DNA of 64,000 nucleotides, taken from sequence record DRR723986_1348, one strand, 5' to 3'. Below, piece by piece: positions 39,210 to 49,799 of the stretch (positions are counted from its first letter, which is position 1; each line of letters starts with the position of its first letter). Made by a program: the position numbers and the translations under genes. The notes beneath the pieces are model-generated. The model did no database searches. It saw only the letters and a program-made list of their open reading frames with translations, and was not told the DNA's origin.

Positions 39210-41482
39210 GGGAACACCACCTGGCTGTCGCCCGCCGGCATACTCAATACAAGCTCGCCGTTACGCACCTGCCAGCGCCTGCCCTCAACCTCAACGCTCT
39301 GGCCATCATCCAGCCCGGTGAGGCGAAGCTGGTAGGGGCTATCGCTACTGAGCAAAAGACGTTTATCGTCGCGCTCAGCAATACCGGCCTCGCGCAAATT
39401 GATCGTTAGCGCTGCCACCTGAACCAGGCTGGCCCGCAGCTCTCCGGTCGCCGCCTCTGCACTCCCTCGCTGCCACAACTGACTGTCGCGCACGGCTGGG
39501 CTCAAGGTCGTCGCATCGGGAAAAATCAACTCGCCTACGCTGGGCTCCAGCGAGATACTTGGCTCGGGCAAGGCGCCGGACTGGGCGCGAATTTCGGCAA
39601 ACTCGGCGCCTGCAACGGCCTCAAGTTCTTCTAACCACCACGCCCCAGTAGGCCCGATGCCCCAATCTGTATTCACCTTATCTGGCTCCCAGCGATAAAC
39701 CAACTCACCGGGGGCAGCGCGACGCTGCCCCTCTGATGCCTGCCAGTCCACCATCCACTGTGCGGCTTTTTCAAAGGCAGAGTAGCCGGCATCTTTCAGG
39801 GTCCAGACAATATGGTCCTCCACTAAGTAGTGGTCGAAGACATAGCGATAGCCGAAGTCGCGCATGCCGTCTGCCGTGGCGCGCGCATCCGGAAAGGGCA
39901 CAAGTTGGTCAAAGGTGCCGTGGGCCTGGTAGTACCCGTTCCATTTCAGATTCTCCATCAACTCCGGCCCCTTGGGCTCGACGCAGCCGTTATTATCCAG
40001 CGAGCACGGCAACAGATTAGCGTTGGCATGGGAGCCGGCAAGGATCACCCCACCGAAAAAGACCTCTGGGTATTTCACCATGAGATTGATCGAGCCAATC
40101 GCACCCATCGAGTAGCCGGTGGTAAACACGGCTTCGCTGTCGATATTGAAATGCGCCGCCACATCGCGCCACACCTCCCAGAAATCCAGCTCTGCGGCGG
40201 TCTCATAGTAACCGGCTGAACCGCGGCCCAACGGCGTGACACACACCGACTGGCGAAGATTTTCGCAGGCCGCTAACAAGTAGTTCGGGACGCTGGCACT
40301 GTATTGGTTGTGGTTCTGCGTAAAGCTGTGCAGCAACCAGGTAAACAGGCTCGGCGACTCAGAAGATGGCGAGTAACTGCTGGGAATATAAATCCCGTAG
40401 GGCTGAACAGCATCGTAGTAACCGGGGTCGGCAACCACCCCCGCATCGCTGCGATCAACACCCGCCGCGAAGTTGCCATCCCCGAGCTCGGTACCCGCTA
40501 CCGAGGACAGATACCAGCGATTACTGTAGCCATAGTGCAGCGGCTCGGGCTCCGTCTCGCCCATTCGCGCCCAGTCAATTTGCTGGGAAAAGGCGGAAAC
40601 ATCGCCCGTGTTCAGCGCCGTCGACTGACTTTCATCAAACCAGAAATTAAATAACGCCGGCTCATCGTCGTAGTCGCGAAAAGCCAGGTTAAATACCGGC
40701 GGCTGATGAGGTAGGCTGCGAAAGCCCGCGTTATCGTTAAGAAAGCCACCTTCGCCATTGTTGATGCCCGAGGCAACGTACAGCGTCCACGACTGATCCG
40801 TCGCCAAGCTGCTCTGCGGCAGCGCCGCAATAAACGATCGCGATGCCATATCCACAGTGACCGGCGCCACAAACTGCGGGCCACTGCCATCTTTATAATC
40901 AATAAAGGCCCCATTCGCCGATAACGTCAGCAGGGCATCGACCCCGGGACTGCGCAGGCCTGTAATACCCGGCCACTCTTCACTGCCCCCTTCCTGGTTG
41001 TCGATGGCAAAGGCCGCCACCGGCACGCTGTGATCAATGAGCGTTTGCCAATCCACCCGGAAAAATAATTCGCCATTTTTTCGGCCCAGCGCGACAACGA
41101 ATAAATCGGCGCCGTTACCCGCCATGTTTGCCGCAGGGTAATGCAGGCTGCCGCCGGTGGGCGTGCCAATGCGATAGAACGGCACATTGGGGCCCTTGGC
41201 GCCATTGGCGTCGTAAATAAAGTCGGTCCAGTAATAGGCGCCGTGGGCATAGCGGCCCGTGCCGGACGTTCGCGGCGCGCCCTCCTCAAAGGGCCAGCTT
41301 GCCGGTGAGTGGAGCTGGGGTATGTCGCCAAACGCCGCCGCGGGCGCACCACTGGGCACGACACCGCGCGCCAGGGCTGCATCTAGCTCTGACGAGGCGG
41401 TATTGGATGATGAGGAAGATTGCCCACCGCAAGCGGTTAGGCCGAATAGCAGTGCAGCAAGCACCGACAACTGAGCGCGCAT
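39206..41482 (-). CDS. Lipoprotein with an alpha/beta-hydrolase (esterase/S9-like) domain
   Basis: Lipobox LTAC; nucleophile elbow GYSMG, HGTFDQLVP Asp, downstream His (EDH); 4-bp overlap with the GH3 gene. Confidence 0.72.
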   Translation of the reverse strand: MRAQLSVLAALLFGLTACGGQSSSSSNTASSELDAALARGVVPSGAPAAAFGDIPQLHSPASWPFEEGAPRTSGTGRYAHGAYYWTDFIYDANGAKGPNVPFYRIGTPTGGSLHYPAANMAGNGADLFVVALGRKNGELFFRVDWQTLIDHSVPVAAFAIDNQEGGSEEWPGITGLRSPGVDALLTLSANGAFIDYKDGSGPQFVAPVTVDMASRSFIAALPQSSLATDQSWTLYVASGINNGEGGFLNDNAGFRSLPHQPPVFNLAFRDYDDEPALFNFWFDESQSTALNTGDVSAFSQQIDWARMGETEPEPLHYGYSNRWYLSSVAGTELGDGNFAAGVDRSDAGVVADPGYYDAVQPYGIYIPSSYSPSSESPSLFTWLLHSFTQNHNQYSASVPNYLLAACENLRQSVCVTPLGRGSAGYYETAAELDFWEVWRDVAAHFNIDSEAVFTTGYSMGAIGSINLMVKYPEVFFGGVILAGSHANANLLPCSLDNNGCVEPKGPELMENLKWNGYYQAHGTFDQLVPFPDARATADGMRDFGYRYVFDHYLVEDHIVWTLKDAGYSAFEKAAQWMVDWQASEGQRRAAPGELVYRWEPDKVNTDWGIGPTGAWWLEELEAVAGAEFAEIRAQSGALPEPSISLEPSVGELIFPDATTLSPAVRDSQLWQRGSAEAATGELRASLVQVAALTINLREAGIAERDDKRLLLSSDSPYQLRLTGLDDGQSVEVEGRRWQVRNGELVLSMPAGDSQVVFP

Positions 41483-41569
41483 ACGCAGAACCTTTTGTCA
41501 CATTATTGTTATTAATGTGATCTTACGCTGCTCAGCCTGCCGCCAGCAAAACCCAAATGGATGAGTCGC

Positions 41570-42304
41570 TTAGCTGCTGATGTGCCCCTGTTGCGGTCGC
41601 AGCACAATGTCCTCGGTAACGACATTGCGATCCATCGCGTAGAGGTGCCAGAACGCGCGCGCAACATCTTCAGCTGGCATCAGGGCCTGCTCGGCGATAC
41701 CGCTATTTTCCCACGACGGCGACCATGTTGGTCCCGGCGAAACGCTGCATACACGAATGTTTTTACCGCGTACCTCTTCACGCAAGGCCTTGGCAAACCC
41801 CAGTACGCCATGTTTGGCTGCACAGTATGCGGACACGCCAGCGTAGCCTTCCAGCCCAGCGGTAGAGGCCATATTAAAAATATCACCGCTTTCCCGCTCC
41901 ATCATGGCCGGCAAAAATTGGCGGCACATCAAAAAGACACTGCGTAAATTACTGGCGATAATCCGGTCAAAGTCCTCTACGGCCATGTCCGCTACCGGCT
42001 CTCCGTGCCAGCTGCCCGCATTATTTATCAGCACATCGACGGCGCCCATATCGCGCTGTAGCTGCTGGCCAAGACGCTGCACAGCCGCCGCATCGCTCAC
42101 GTCACAGGGGTAGATTTCAACCCGTGCGGAACCGCTACACTGCCCGGCAACCTGTTCCAGTTTATCCGCATTGCGCGCCACTAATGCCAACCGCATAGCG
42201 GGGTTCTGGCGGCTAAACTCCCGGGCAATTGCTGCGCCTATACCCTGGGAGGCACCGCTTATCAGCAGCAGTGGCGACTTGTTCTCAGAAACGCTTCCTG
42301 TCAT
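41570..42304 (-). CDS. Short-chain dehydrogenase/reductase
   Basis: SGASQGIG, NNAG and YCAAK motifs; ATG 42304 with AGGA SD. Confidence 0.9.
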   Translation of the reverse strand: MTGSVSENKSPLLLISGASQGIGAAIAREFSRQNPAMRLALVARNADKLEQVAGQCSGSARVEIYPCDVSDAAAVQRLGQQLQRDMGAVDVLINNAGSWHGEPVADMAVEDFDRIIASNLRSVFLMCRQFLPAMMERESGDIFNMASTAGLEGYAGVSAYCAAKHGVLGFAKALREEVRGKNIRVCSVSPGPTWSPSWENSGIAEQALMPAEDVARAFWHLYAMDRNVVTEDIVLRPQQGHISS

Positions 42305-42362
42305 GTTATTTCCTGTTTGGCAGTCCTGCCGAGCGCATTTGCCCCCAAGCAGCAGGCCACGA

Positions 42363-43175
42363 ATGATCGACAATATTGTTAATAACAAAGCTATCAAACT
42401 CTTCATCTTAATGGCGGGCTTTTTTGTCGCCAATGCATTAATTGCTGAGTTTATTGGCGTTAAGATTTTCTCGCTGGAGCACAGCCTGGGGATTGAACCA
42501 CTGTCGCTGAGCCTGTTCGGCGTCGACAACCTCTCCTTCAATTTAACCGCCGGGGTGCTGCTGTGGCCCTTTGTGTTTGTACTCACCGACCTGATCAACG
42601 AATACTACGGGCAGCGCGGCGTGAAGCTGCTCTCCTACCTCACCGTCGGCCTGATTCTATACGCCTTTGCAATGTTCTACGTGGGCATTGAGCTCACCCC
42701 TGCCGACTTTTGGCCGCAGTCTCATATCAGCCCTGCACTACCCAGCGCGGAGCAGCAGGCAATTGCCAGCAAGGTCTCCGATTATGACTACGCCTACCGG
42801 CTGGTTTTCGGCCAAGGGCTGTGGATCATTATCGGCTCTTTGGTGGCATTTCTTATCGGCCAAATTATCGACGTCGCGGTATTTCACCGCATCAAAGCCA
42901 GTACTGGCGAGCGCTTGATCTGGTTGCGCGCGACGGGCTCCACACTCGTGAGCCAGTTTATCGACAGCTTTGTTGTGTTGTTTGTTGCCTTTTATCTCGG
43001 CGCCGATTGGGGACTATCGCTGGTGCTCGCCATTGGCGTCGTGAACTACCTGTACAAATTTACCATGGCCATTGCGCTCACCCCGGTAATTTATGCGGCG
43101 CACTACGCCATCGACCGCTACCTGGGTGAGCCCCTTGCCACAGAAATGAAAATCGCCGCACAGCGACAAAATTAA
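42363..43175 (+). CDS. Queuosine precursor transporter (YhhQ / VUT family)
   Basis: TDLINEYYG, GSLVAFLIGQIIDV and WLRATGSTLVSQFIDS motifs. Confidence 0.85.
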   Translation: MIDNIVNNKAIKLFILMAGFFVANALIAEFIGVKIFSLEHSLGIEPLSLSLFGVDNLSFNLTAGVLLWPFVFVLTDLINEYYGQRGVKLLSYLTVGLILYAFAMFYVGIELTPADFWPQSHISPALPSAEQQAIASKVSDYDYAYRLVFGQGLWIIIGSLVAFLIGQIIDVAVFHRIKASTGERLIWLRATGSTLVSQFIDSFVVLFVAFYLGADWGLSLVLAIGVVNYLYKFTMAIALTPVIYAAHYAIDRYLGEPLATEMKIAAQRQN

Positions 43176-43324
43176 ACCGCAAACTTTAAATTACTGTTAG
43201 ATAGATGACAGTGACAACATACTATTGCACACTAGGGTGTCGACGAGTTCTTATTGCTTAGAATTTGTCCACTGCGATCGCAGTGCGCCAGGAAGGCAAA
43301 ACCATAACAACCCGGGTAATACGT

Positions 43325-45514
43325 ATGAACGCCAAGCTCTCTATCACGCTTCTCGCCGCTGTGCTGCTCGCCGCATGTGGCGGCTCAAGCTCATCATCGA
43401 GTAACAACAATAACAACACCAGCCAACGCGGTATTCCCGAAACCCGCTTTGCCATGGCCAACGGCTGCTACTCTCTGCAATCCAATGCGACCAAGCAATA
43501 CGCTGCTCTCAGCGACAGCACCTTGCGCATGGACAGCGCGAAAACCAGCGCCGAACGCTTCTATATGAGACCGGCAACTCTCGGCAAATACTTGCTCTAT
43601 ACCAGTGACGAGCGCTTTATTACTGCCAGCGGCGGCAATATCACCGCCGCGACGGAGCCCAGCGACGACGCCATCTGGACCATTGAGCGCGATGCCAGCG
43701 CCAAAACCTTTAGCCTGCAAAGCCACAGCGGACAAACACTGAGCGTTGCTGCCGATGGCGCGCTAAGCACAGGCGACGCCGGCGGCGCAGCCAGCCAATT
43801 CCTGTTTGCCCCCACAGCAGGTTGCAGTGGCTATCCGGAAATGCCCACCTCGGTGGCTGGCGAAACCTTCAAAGGTCGCGGTATTGACCAACCCGCTATC
43901 GGCTTTGCCGACATCCACAATCACATGGGCATGAGCAGCGAGCTGTCCTACGCCGGTGACGTTGGCCCCTCTGCTGGCGGCGTACTCTACGGGGAGGCCT
44001 TCCATCGTTTTGGTGTTACTCACGCACTCGAAGACTGCGAAGAACTCCACGGCCCCAACGGTATTCGCGGCCCCGACCTCATCCTGGAAACCGGCGCATC
44101 GCCCAACCATGAAACGCAGGGCTGGCCGACCTTTGTCGACTGGCCGCGCAACAAGTCCCTGTCCCATACCGTGCTGTATTACCGCTGGGTGGAGCGCGCC
44201 TGGCTGGCCGGATTGCGTTTGATGGTCAACCACGGCACCAATATTGCCGGTTTGTGCACCGTGGGCTCTATTTATTCACTGACGCCCGATGCCGACTGCA
44301 ACGATATGAGCATCGCCATCAAACAAATCAAATACATGTATGAAATTCAGGACTACGTCGACGCCCAGCACGGCGGTCCTGGTAAAGGGTGGTACCGCAT
44401 AGTTACCAGCCCCCAGCAGGCACGCGAGGTCATTAACGAGGGTAAGTTAGCAGTGGTACTGGGAATGGAGGCCGCACAGGTCTTCGACTGCGGCATGACC
44501 ATGATCGCGGGCAATATCGAAATTCCCAAGTGTGATGAAGCACAGATCGACGCCAAGCTACAGGAGCTGTGGGATCTTGGCGTGCGCCATCTCTACGCCT
44601 ACCACGATATCGACACAGCGCTGGGCGGCACCGGCCTGTTCAGCGACATTATGAACTTCCTCAATTTGTTGGATACCGGCTCTTTCTGGAAAACCTCTGA
44701 GTGCCGCGACTACCCCAGCGAAGAACCCACCGTGCGCGATCCCGGCCTCGCCATTGCAACTGCGCTGCCTGGCAGCGGCAATGACCCGCTATCCAGCATG
44801 GTACTCGACATCACCGGCGGCGCATTACCAATCTACCCCGAGGGGCTTCGCTGCAACGCCCGCACAGTAACCGAGCTGGGTAACTATGCGCTCAACGCAA
44901 TGATGGATCGCGGCATGGTGATGGATATCGACCACGCCGCCTACCACAGCAAGGATATTATGCTCGACCTTGCGGAACAGCGTACACCCGCCCACCCGAT
45001 GGTATCGTCACACGACGCCCACGGTGGCCTGACCAGCGACCAGGCCGCGCGCATCCTTAAAAATGGCGGCGTAATCTACCCCTACAAGGGCAATGGTGTT
45101 AAGCACAAAGAGTTTATGGAAAAGCTGAAATTCTGGCGCGAAAAAGCCGGTGTTAGCGACTCCCTGATGGCACTGGGTTATGGCGCTGACGGCAACGGCT
45201 TTGGCGGCCACGCCGGACCACGCGGTGGCGACTCCGAACCAGTGCAATATCCCTTTGTACTGTTCCAGGGTGACGACTGGGGGCCACAGTTCCAAGGCGC
45301 CGAGCCCGTCACCGTGCAAATGCTGACCATTCCCGAAAGCGGCAAGTACTGGCATATCGATGAAGTGGGCATGGCCCATTACGGCCTGGTTGCCGACTAC
45401 GTTGAAGAGGTCCGACTCGAAGGCGGTCAAGAAGCTATCGATGCCCTGTTCAACTCGGCAGAGGCCTATCTGCAAACCTGGGAGCGCTCATACAATCCGC
45501 GCAATGCGCAGTAG
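43325..45514 (+). CDS. Lipoprotein amidohydrolase (M19 dipeptidase / ceramide N-deacylase-like) with an N-terminal beta-trefoil-like region
   Basis: Lipobox LAAC, Ser/Asn linker; DIHNH metal motif, GKLAVVLGME, DIDH, SSH and GADGNGF. Confidence 0.72.
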   Translation: MNAKLSITLLAAVLLAACGGSSSSSSNNNNNTSQRGIPETRFAMANGCYSLQSNATKQYAALSDSTLRMDSAKTSAERFYMRPATLGKYLLYTSDERFITASGGNITAATEPSDDAIWTIERDASAKTFSLQSHSGQTLSVAADGALSTGDAGGAASQFLFAPTAGCSGYPEMPTSVAGETFKGRGIDQPAIGFADIHNHMGMSSELSYAGDVGPSAGGVLYGEAFHRFGVTHALEDCEELHGPNGIRGPDLILETGASPNHETQGWPTFVDWPRNKSLSHTVLYYRWVERAWLAGLRLMVNHGTNIAGLCTVGSIYSLTPDADCNDMSIAIKQIKYMYEIQDYVDAQHGGPGKGWYRIVTSPQQAREVINEGKLAVVLGMEAAQVFDCGMTMIAGNIEIPKCDEAQIDAKLQELWDLGVRHLYAYHDIDTALGGTGLFSDIMNFLNLLDTGSFWKTSECRDYPSEEPTVRDPGLAIATALPGSGNDPLSSMVLDITGGALPIYPEGLRCNARTVTELGNYALNAMMDRGMVMDIDHAAYHSKDIMLDLAEQRTPAHPMVSSHDAHGGLTSDQAARILKNGGVIYPYKGNGVKHKEFMEKLKFWREKAGVSDSLMALGYGADGNGFGGHAGPRGGDSEPVQYPFVLFQGDDWGPQFQGAEPVTVQMLTIPESGKYWHIDEVGMAHYGLVADYVEEVRLEGGQEAIDALFNSAEAYLQTWERSYNPRNAQ

Positions 45515-45523
45515 GCTGCCACC

Positions 45524-45886
45524 ATGCGCACAGTTGCATTAGTTCTCAGTAGTGCGGTGGTGCTGGTGGCGCTGTGGTGGGGGCTGAAACCCACCACCTC
45601 AGCACCGAGCGAACCACAACTGCGACAGTATTCACTGGTGTTCAGTGGCCAACAGTACCAAGGCCCAGCAACGCTCACCGCTTATGCCGGCGACACGTTG
45701 CGATTGAACGTCGTCAGCGACAGCGACGATGCGATGCACGTACACGGCTACGAAAAACACCTGGTGCTGCCAGCCGGCGAACTGACCACACTGGTGTTCA
45801 CCGCCGATAGCACCGGTCGTTTTATGCTTGAGCTACATGGTAACGACCTGCAGTTCGGCACCTTGGAAGTGTACCCTCGGCAGTGA
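45524..45886 (+). CDS. Membrane-anchored cupredoxin-like small protein
   Basis: N-terminal TM helix; beta-rich domain with MHVHGY and GRFMLELH. Confidence 0.6.
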   Translation: MRTVALVLSSAVVLVALWWGLKPTTSAPSEPQLRQYSLVFSGQQYQGPATLTAYAGDTLRLNVVSDSDDAMHVHGYEKHLVLPAGELTTLVFTADSTGRFMLELHGNDLQFGTLEVYPRQ

Positions 45887-47307
45887 AACTTCGACTCGCA
45901 ACAGCTTTCGCCGCCAGTGTGGGCAGCACCGTCGTGCACGCCCACTCCTTCGCCCAGCCCTACCAGTTACCCATGCCCTATTGGATGTACATCTACGGGG
46001 CAATGGCAGCGCTGGCACTTTCCTTTGTTGTGCTGGCGTTTTTCCTGAGAGAAACCCCCAACGCTCAGCAACCGCGACACCTGCTGCTTGGCCAGCTCAA
46101 GATGCCGTGGCTGCAGCGGCTGTTTCAGACCGCTATGTTTGCCAGCATCGTGTTGGCCATTGTTGCCGGCCTCATCGGTAATCAGGACAGCTATCGCAAT
46201 ATCAACATGACCTACTTCTGGATCGTGTTTGCTCTGGGCGGCTGCTATTTGAGCGCGCTGGTGGGTGGCTGGTACGACGCCGTAAACCCCTGGAAGGTGT
46301 CTGTAGAAGTGCTGTCAAAACGCTGGCCCGTTTTTGGCAGCGGCTACATCGCCTACCCAAAGCGCCTCGCCTACTGGCCGGCACTGGCCCAGTACATGGT
46401 GTTTATCATTATCGAGCTGTTCGGCGATACACGGCCGTTTTCACTGTCAGTCATTCTGCTCGCGTACACGGCCTTAACCCTGCTGGGTAGCTGGCTGGTC
46501 GGGAGTCGCCAGTGGTTTTACTACGCCGACCTGTTCTCAGTGCTATTTCGTGTGATCGGCCATATGGCACCGCTGCAAAAAAATGCTGAACAGCGTTGGG
46601 TGCTGCAGTGGCCGTTTGCCGGCTTAATCGGCCAGCGCGCCACGCACCCGAGTTTGCTGATCTTCATTCTGTTTATGCTGTCGTCCACCGCCTTCGACGG
46701 ATTAAAAGAAACGCAGCTGTGGTTCAACCTATTCTGGAAAGACCCTTGGAATATTCTCACCCCGCTGCTCGGCGAGCACCCAATCTATGCCTACCCTTAT
46801 TTGCGGCCCTGGTTCATCGCGTACGAAGTATTTTGGTTGCTGCTGTCGCCACTGCTGTATTTGGGGTTGTTTCTCGGCTTTTTATGGCTGGGCAAGACGC
46901 TCAGCCGCAGCGACCTCCCACTCACTGAGCTTACCGCCCGGTTCAGCTATAGCCTGCTGCCCATCGCGCTGGTCTATCACATCACTCACTACTACACCTT
47001 GCTGCTGAATCAGGGGGTGAAAATTCGCGGGCTGATCTCCGATCCCTTTGGCTGGGGCTGGAACATTTTTGGCAATGCTATTACTGGCCGCCTGCCTATC
47101 ATTCCCGATATGGGCGTGGTCTGGGATAGCCAGGTTTGGCTGATACTGATCGGTCACGTGGCCAGCGTTTGGCTGGCTCACGTCGAAGCTCTGCGCTGCT
47201 TCAATAGCCGCCGCCAGGCCACACTCAGTCAATTCCCGATGCTGGCACTGATGATTGTATTTACCGGCTTCGGCCTGTGGATTCTGGCGCAACCCCTTAA
47301 GGGCTAA
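45883..47307 (+). CDS. Polytopic membrane protein of unknown function (resembles the FedB-like family)
   Basis: About 10-12 TM segments, AHSF after the signal region, STAFDGL, LLPIALVYHITHY, LIGHV...AH; 4-bp overlap with the upstream gene. Confidence 0.6.
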   Translation: MKLRLATAFAASVGSTVVHAHSFAQPYQLPMPYWMYIYGAMAALALSFVVLAFFLRETPNAQQPRHLLLGQLKMPWLQRLFQTAMFASIVLAIVAGLIGNQDSYRNINMTYFWIVFALGGCYLSALVGGWYDAVNPWKVSVEVLSKRWPVFGSGYIAYPKRLAYWPALAQYMVFIIIELFGDTRPFSLSVILLAYTALTLLGSWLVGSRQWFYYADLFSVLFRVIGHMAPLQKNAEQRWVLQWPFAGLIGQRATHPSLLIFILFMLSSTAFDGLKETQLWFNLFWKDPWNILTPLLGEHPIYAYPYLRPWFIAYEVFWLLLSPLLYLGLFLGFLWLGKTLSRSDLPLTELTARFSYSLLPIALVYHITHYYTLLLNQGVKIRGLISDPFGWGWNIFGNAITGRLPIIPDMGVVWDSQVWLILIGHVASVWLAHVEALRCFNSRRQATLSQFPMLALMIVFTGFGLWILAQPLKG

Positions 47308-47430
47308 ACACTGCGGAAATAATGCGCCAAATCGCCCTGGGCGTTCGACCTCGCGCGCTGAAAGGCTTATAGTGCGCGCCTCTCTGCTCATCGATTTACG
47401 CACTGCCACGTGCAGGCTCAGGATACTCTG

Positions 47431-49023
47431 TTGATCTCTACTGCAAACATCACCATGCAATTTGGTGCCAAGCCGCTGTTTGAAAACATCTCAGTGAAGT
47501 TTGGCAACGGCAACCGCTACGGGCTTATTGGCGCGAATGGCTGCGGCAAATCCACGTTTATGAAAATCCTCGACGGCAGCCTCAAGCCCACCTCTGGCAA
47601 TGTGTCGTTAGATCCGAACGAACGCATCGGCAAGCTGCACCAAGACCAGTTCGCCTTCGAGCAGTATTCAGTGATCGATACCGTGATCATGGGTCACACC
47701 GAGCTTTGGGAAGTGAAACAAGAGCGCGACCGCATTTATTCGCAGAGCGAAATGTCGGAAGAAGACGGAATGAAAGTCGCCGAGCTGGAAACCCGTTTCA
47801 TGGAAATGGATGGTTACAGCGCCGAGAGCCGCGCCGGTGAAATTTTGCTGGGCGCGGGCATCGACCAAAGCCTGCACTTCGGCCCAATGAGTGAAGTCGC
47901 CCCCGGCTGGAAATTGCGGGTATTGCTGGCGCAAGCCCTGTTCTCCGAGCCCGATATTCTGCTGCTGGACGAGCCCACCAACAACCTCGATATCAACACC
48001 ATTCGCTGGCTGGAAGAGCTACTGAATGAGCGCAAGAGCACGATGGTGATCATTTCCCACGACCGGCATTTTCTCAATGCCGTTTGCACGCACATGGCGG
48101 ATATCGACTATGGCGAGCTGCGCGTCTACCCCGGTAACTACGACGACTTTATGATGGCGGCGACCGCGGCGCGCGAGCGCTTACAGGCCCAGAATGCGAA
48201 GAAGTCTGCACAAATTGCCGAACTTCAGCAATTTGTAAGCCGCTTCTCCGCCAATGCCTCCAAGGCTAAGCAGGCGACCTCCCGCGCCAAGCAGATTGAA
48301 AAAATCCAACTGGATGAAATCAAAGCCTCCAGCCGGGTATCGCCCTATATCCGCTTCAAGCAGGAGAAGAAGCTGCACCGCCAAGCGCTGACGCTTGAGA
48401 GCGTTGGCCACGGCTTCGATGACAAGCTATTTAGTGACGCCACCATGATTATTGAAGCGGGTACTCGCCTGGCAGTCATCGGTGAGAACGGCGCCGGTAA
48501 AACGACTTTTTTGCGCTGCTTAATGAAGGAGTTAGCGGCCAACGAAGGCAACATTAAGTGGGCCGAAAATGCCAGCCTGGGCTACTGTCCTCAGGACAGC
48601 AGCAATGACTTTGACAACGACCTCAATCTGTTCGACTGGATGGCGCAGTGGCAAAAGCCCAGTCACGACGACCAGATTGTGCGCGCAACGCTTGGGCGCT
48701 TACTGTTCTCTTCCGACGACTTCAAAAAGCAGGTTAAGGTCTGTTCAGGCGGTGAGAAGAACCGCCTGCTGTTTGGCAAGCTGATGATGATGGACTGCAA
48801 TGTTCTCATTATGGACGAGCCGACCAACCACCTGGATATGGAGTCGATTGAAGCCCTGAACCTGGCGCTGGAATACTTTGAAGGCACACTAATCTTTGCC
48901 AGCCACGACCGCGAATTCGTATCGTCGCTGGCCACCCGTGTTGTTGAAATCAAAGACCAGAAGCTCAACGACTTCCAGGGTAGCTACGAGGAGTACTTGG
49001 CCAGTCAGCAGCTCATCGGCTGA
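47431..49023 (+). CDS. ybiT: ABC-F family ATPase
   Basis: Two ABC domains and no TM segments; [24 protein letters not shown] and [14 protein letters not shown] start giving [11 protein letters not shown]. Confidence 0.9.
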   Translation: MISTANITMQFGAKPLFENISVKFGNGNRYGLIGANGCGKSTFMKILDGSLKPTSGNVSLDPNERIGKLHQDQFAFEQYSVIDTVIMGHTELWEVKQERDRIYSQSEMSEEDGMKVAELETRFMEMDGYSAESRAGEILLGAGIDQSLHFGPMSEVAPGWKLRVLLAQALFSEPDILLLDEPTNNLDINTIRWLEELLNERKSTMVIISHDRHFLNAVCTHMADIDYGELRVYPGNYDDFMMAATAARERLQAQNAKKSAQIAELQQFVSRFSANASKAKQATSRAKQIEKIQLDEIKASSRVSPYIRFKQEKKLHRQALTLESVGHGFDDKLFSDATMIIEAGTRLAVIGENGAGKTTFLRCLMKELAANEGNIKWAENASLGYCPQDSSNDFDNDLNLFDWMAQWQKPSHDDQIVRATLGRLLFSSDDFKKQVKVCSGGEKNRLLFGKLMMMDCNVLIMDEPTNHLDMESIEALNLALEYFEGTLIFASHDREFVSSLATRVVEIKDQKLNDFQGSYEEYLASQQLIG

Positions 49024-49037
49024 GCGAGGACGAGTGC

Positions 49038-49799
49038 CTACCTCGCCGTGCAGTCCAGCAGTGATGCCATCACTTTGCGGGGCTGCGCGGGCAACATAAA
49101 CACCTCGTCGAGTAAACGCTCGTTAATCACCGCCGCAGCGCCGCCCTGGGCGACGAGCCGGCCATTGCTCAATACCCAAACCTGGTCGGCAAAGCGGTGC
49201 GCCAGCACCAAGTCATGAATCACACAGGCAATAGCAAAGCCGCGATCTCGCAGCGACTCAAGTAACGCCATCAGCGCAAATTGGTGGTTCAGATCCAAGG
49301 CATTGAGCGGCTCATCGAGAAACAGATACGCCGGGTCACCTGCCTTTAGTGATGGCAGCAATTGCAACAGTACCCGCGCTATCTGAACCCGCTGACGCTC
49401 GCCGCCAGACAGGGACAAATACTGGCGATTAATAAGCTCGGCGGCCGAAAAGTATTGCAGGCAGTGTTCGATATCCTCGTCGTTGGCAGCGAGCAAACTC
49501 CCCATAGACACAACATCCCTGACCGTAAACGGAAAGAGCAGGCTTTGCTCCTGGGTTAGCACTGCCCTGCGCCGCGCTAAAGACGCTGCACTATAGGTGG
49601 AAAGTAATTGCCCATCTAAACTCACTGTTCCGGTATCCGGCCGTTCACCACCGGCTAACAAATGCAGCAACGACGATTTACCCGCGCCGTTGGGGCCAAT
49701 AATGGCCAGCAGTGTTCCCGGCGCTAACTCGCCGCTGACATCGTTAAGGATTTGTTTGCCTTTTTGCGCCCACCCCAGTCTCTCTGCCAGCAAACTCAT
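49038..49799 (-). CDS. hmuV: Haem ABC transporter ATPase
   Basis: GPNGAGKS, LSGGERQRVQIARVLLQL and FLDEP motifs; ATG 49799. Confidence 0.9.
   Translation of the reverse strand: MSLLAERLGWAQKGKQILNDVSGELAPGTLLAIIGPNGAGKSSLLHLLAGGERPDTGTVSLDGQLLSTYSAASLARRRAVLTQEQSLLFPFTVRDVVSMGSLLAANDEDIEHCLQYFSAAELINRQYLSLSGGERQRVQIARVLLQLLPSLKAGDPAYLFLDEPLNALDLNHQFALMALLESLRDRGFAIACVIHDLVLAHRFADQVWVLSNGRLVAQGGAAAVINERLLDEVFMLPAQPRKVMASLLDCTAR

Noticed and set aside
42305-42362. Possible preQ1 riboswitch before the YhhQ-like gene, and the apparent head-to-head overlap of ORFs 41570-42598 and 42171-43175
   Set aside because: The true intergenic gap is only 58 bp with no recognisable preQ1 stem or A-rich tail; the overlap comes from over-extended ORF starts
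43385-43420. TCA/AAC trinucleotide-like run
   Set aside because: Encodes the Ser/Asn linker of a lipoprotein; imperfect, so not a contingency repeat
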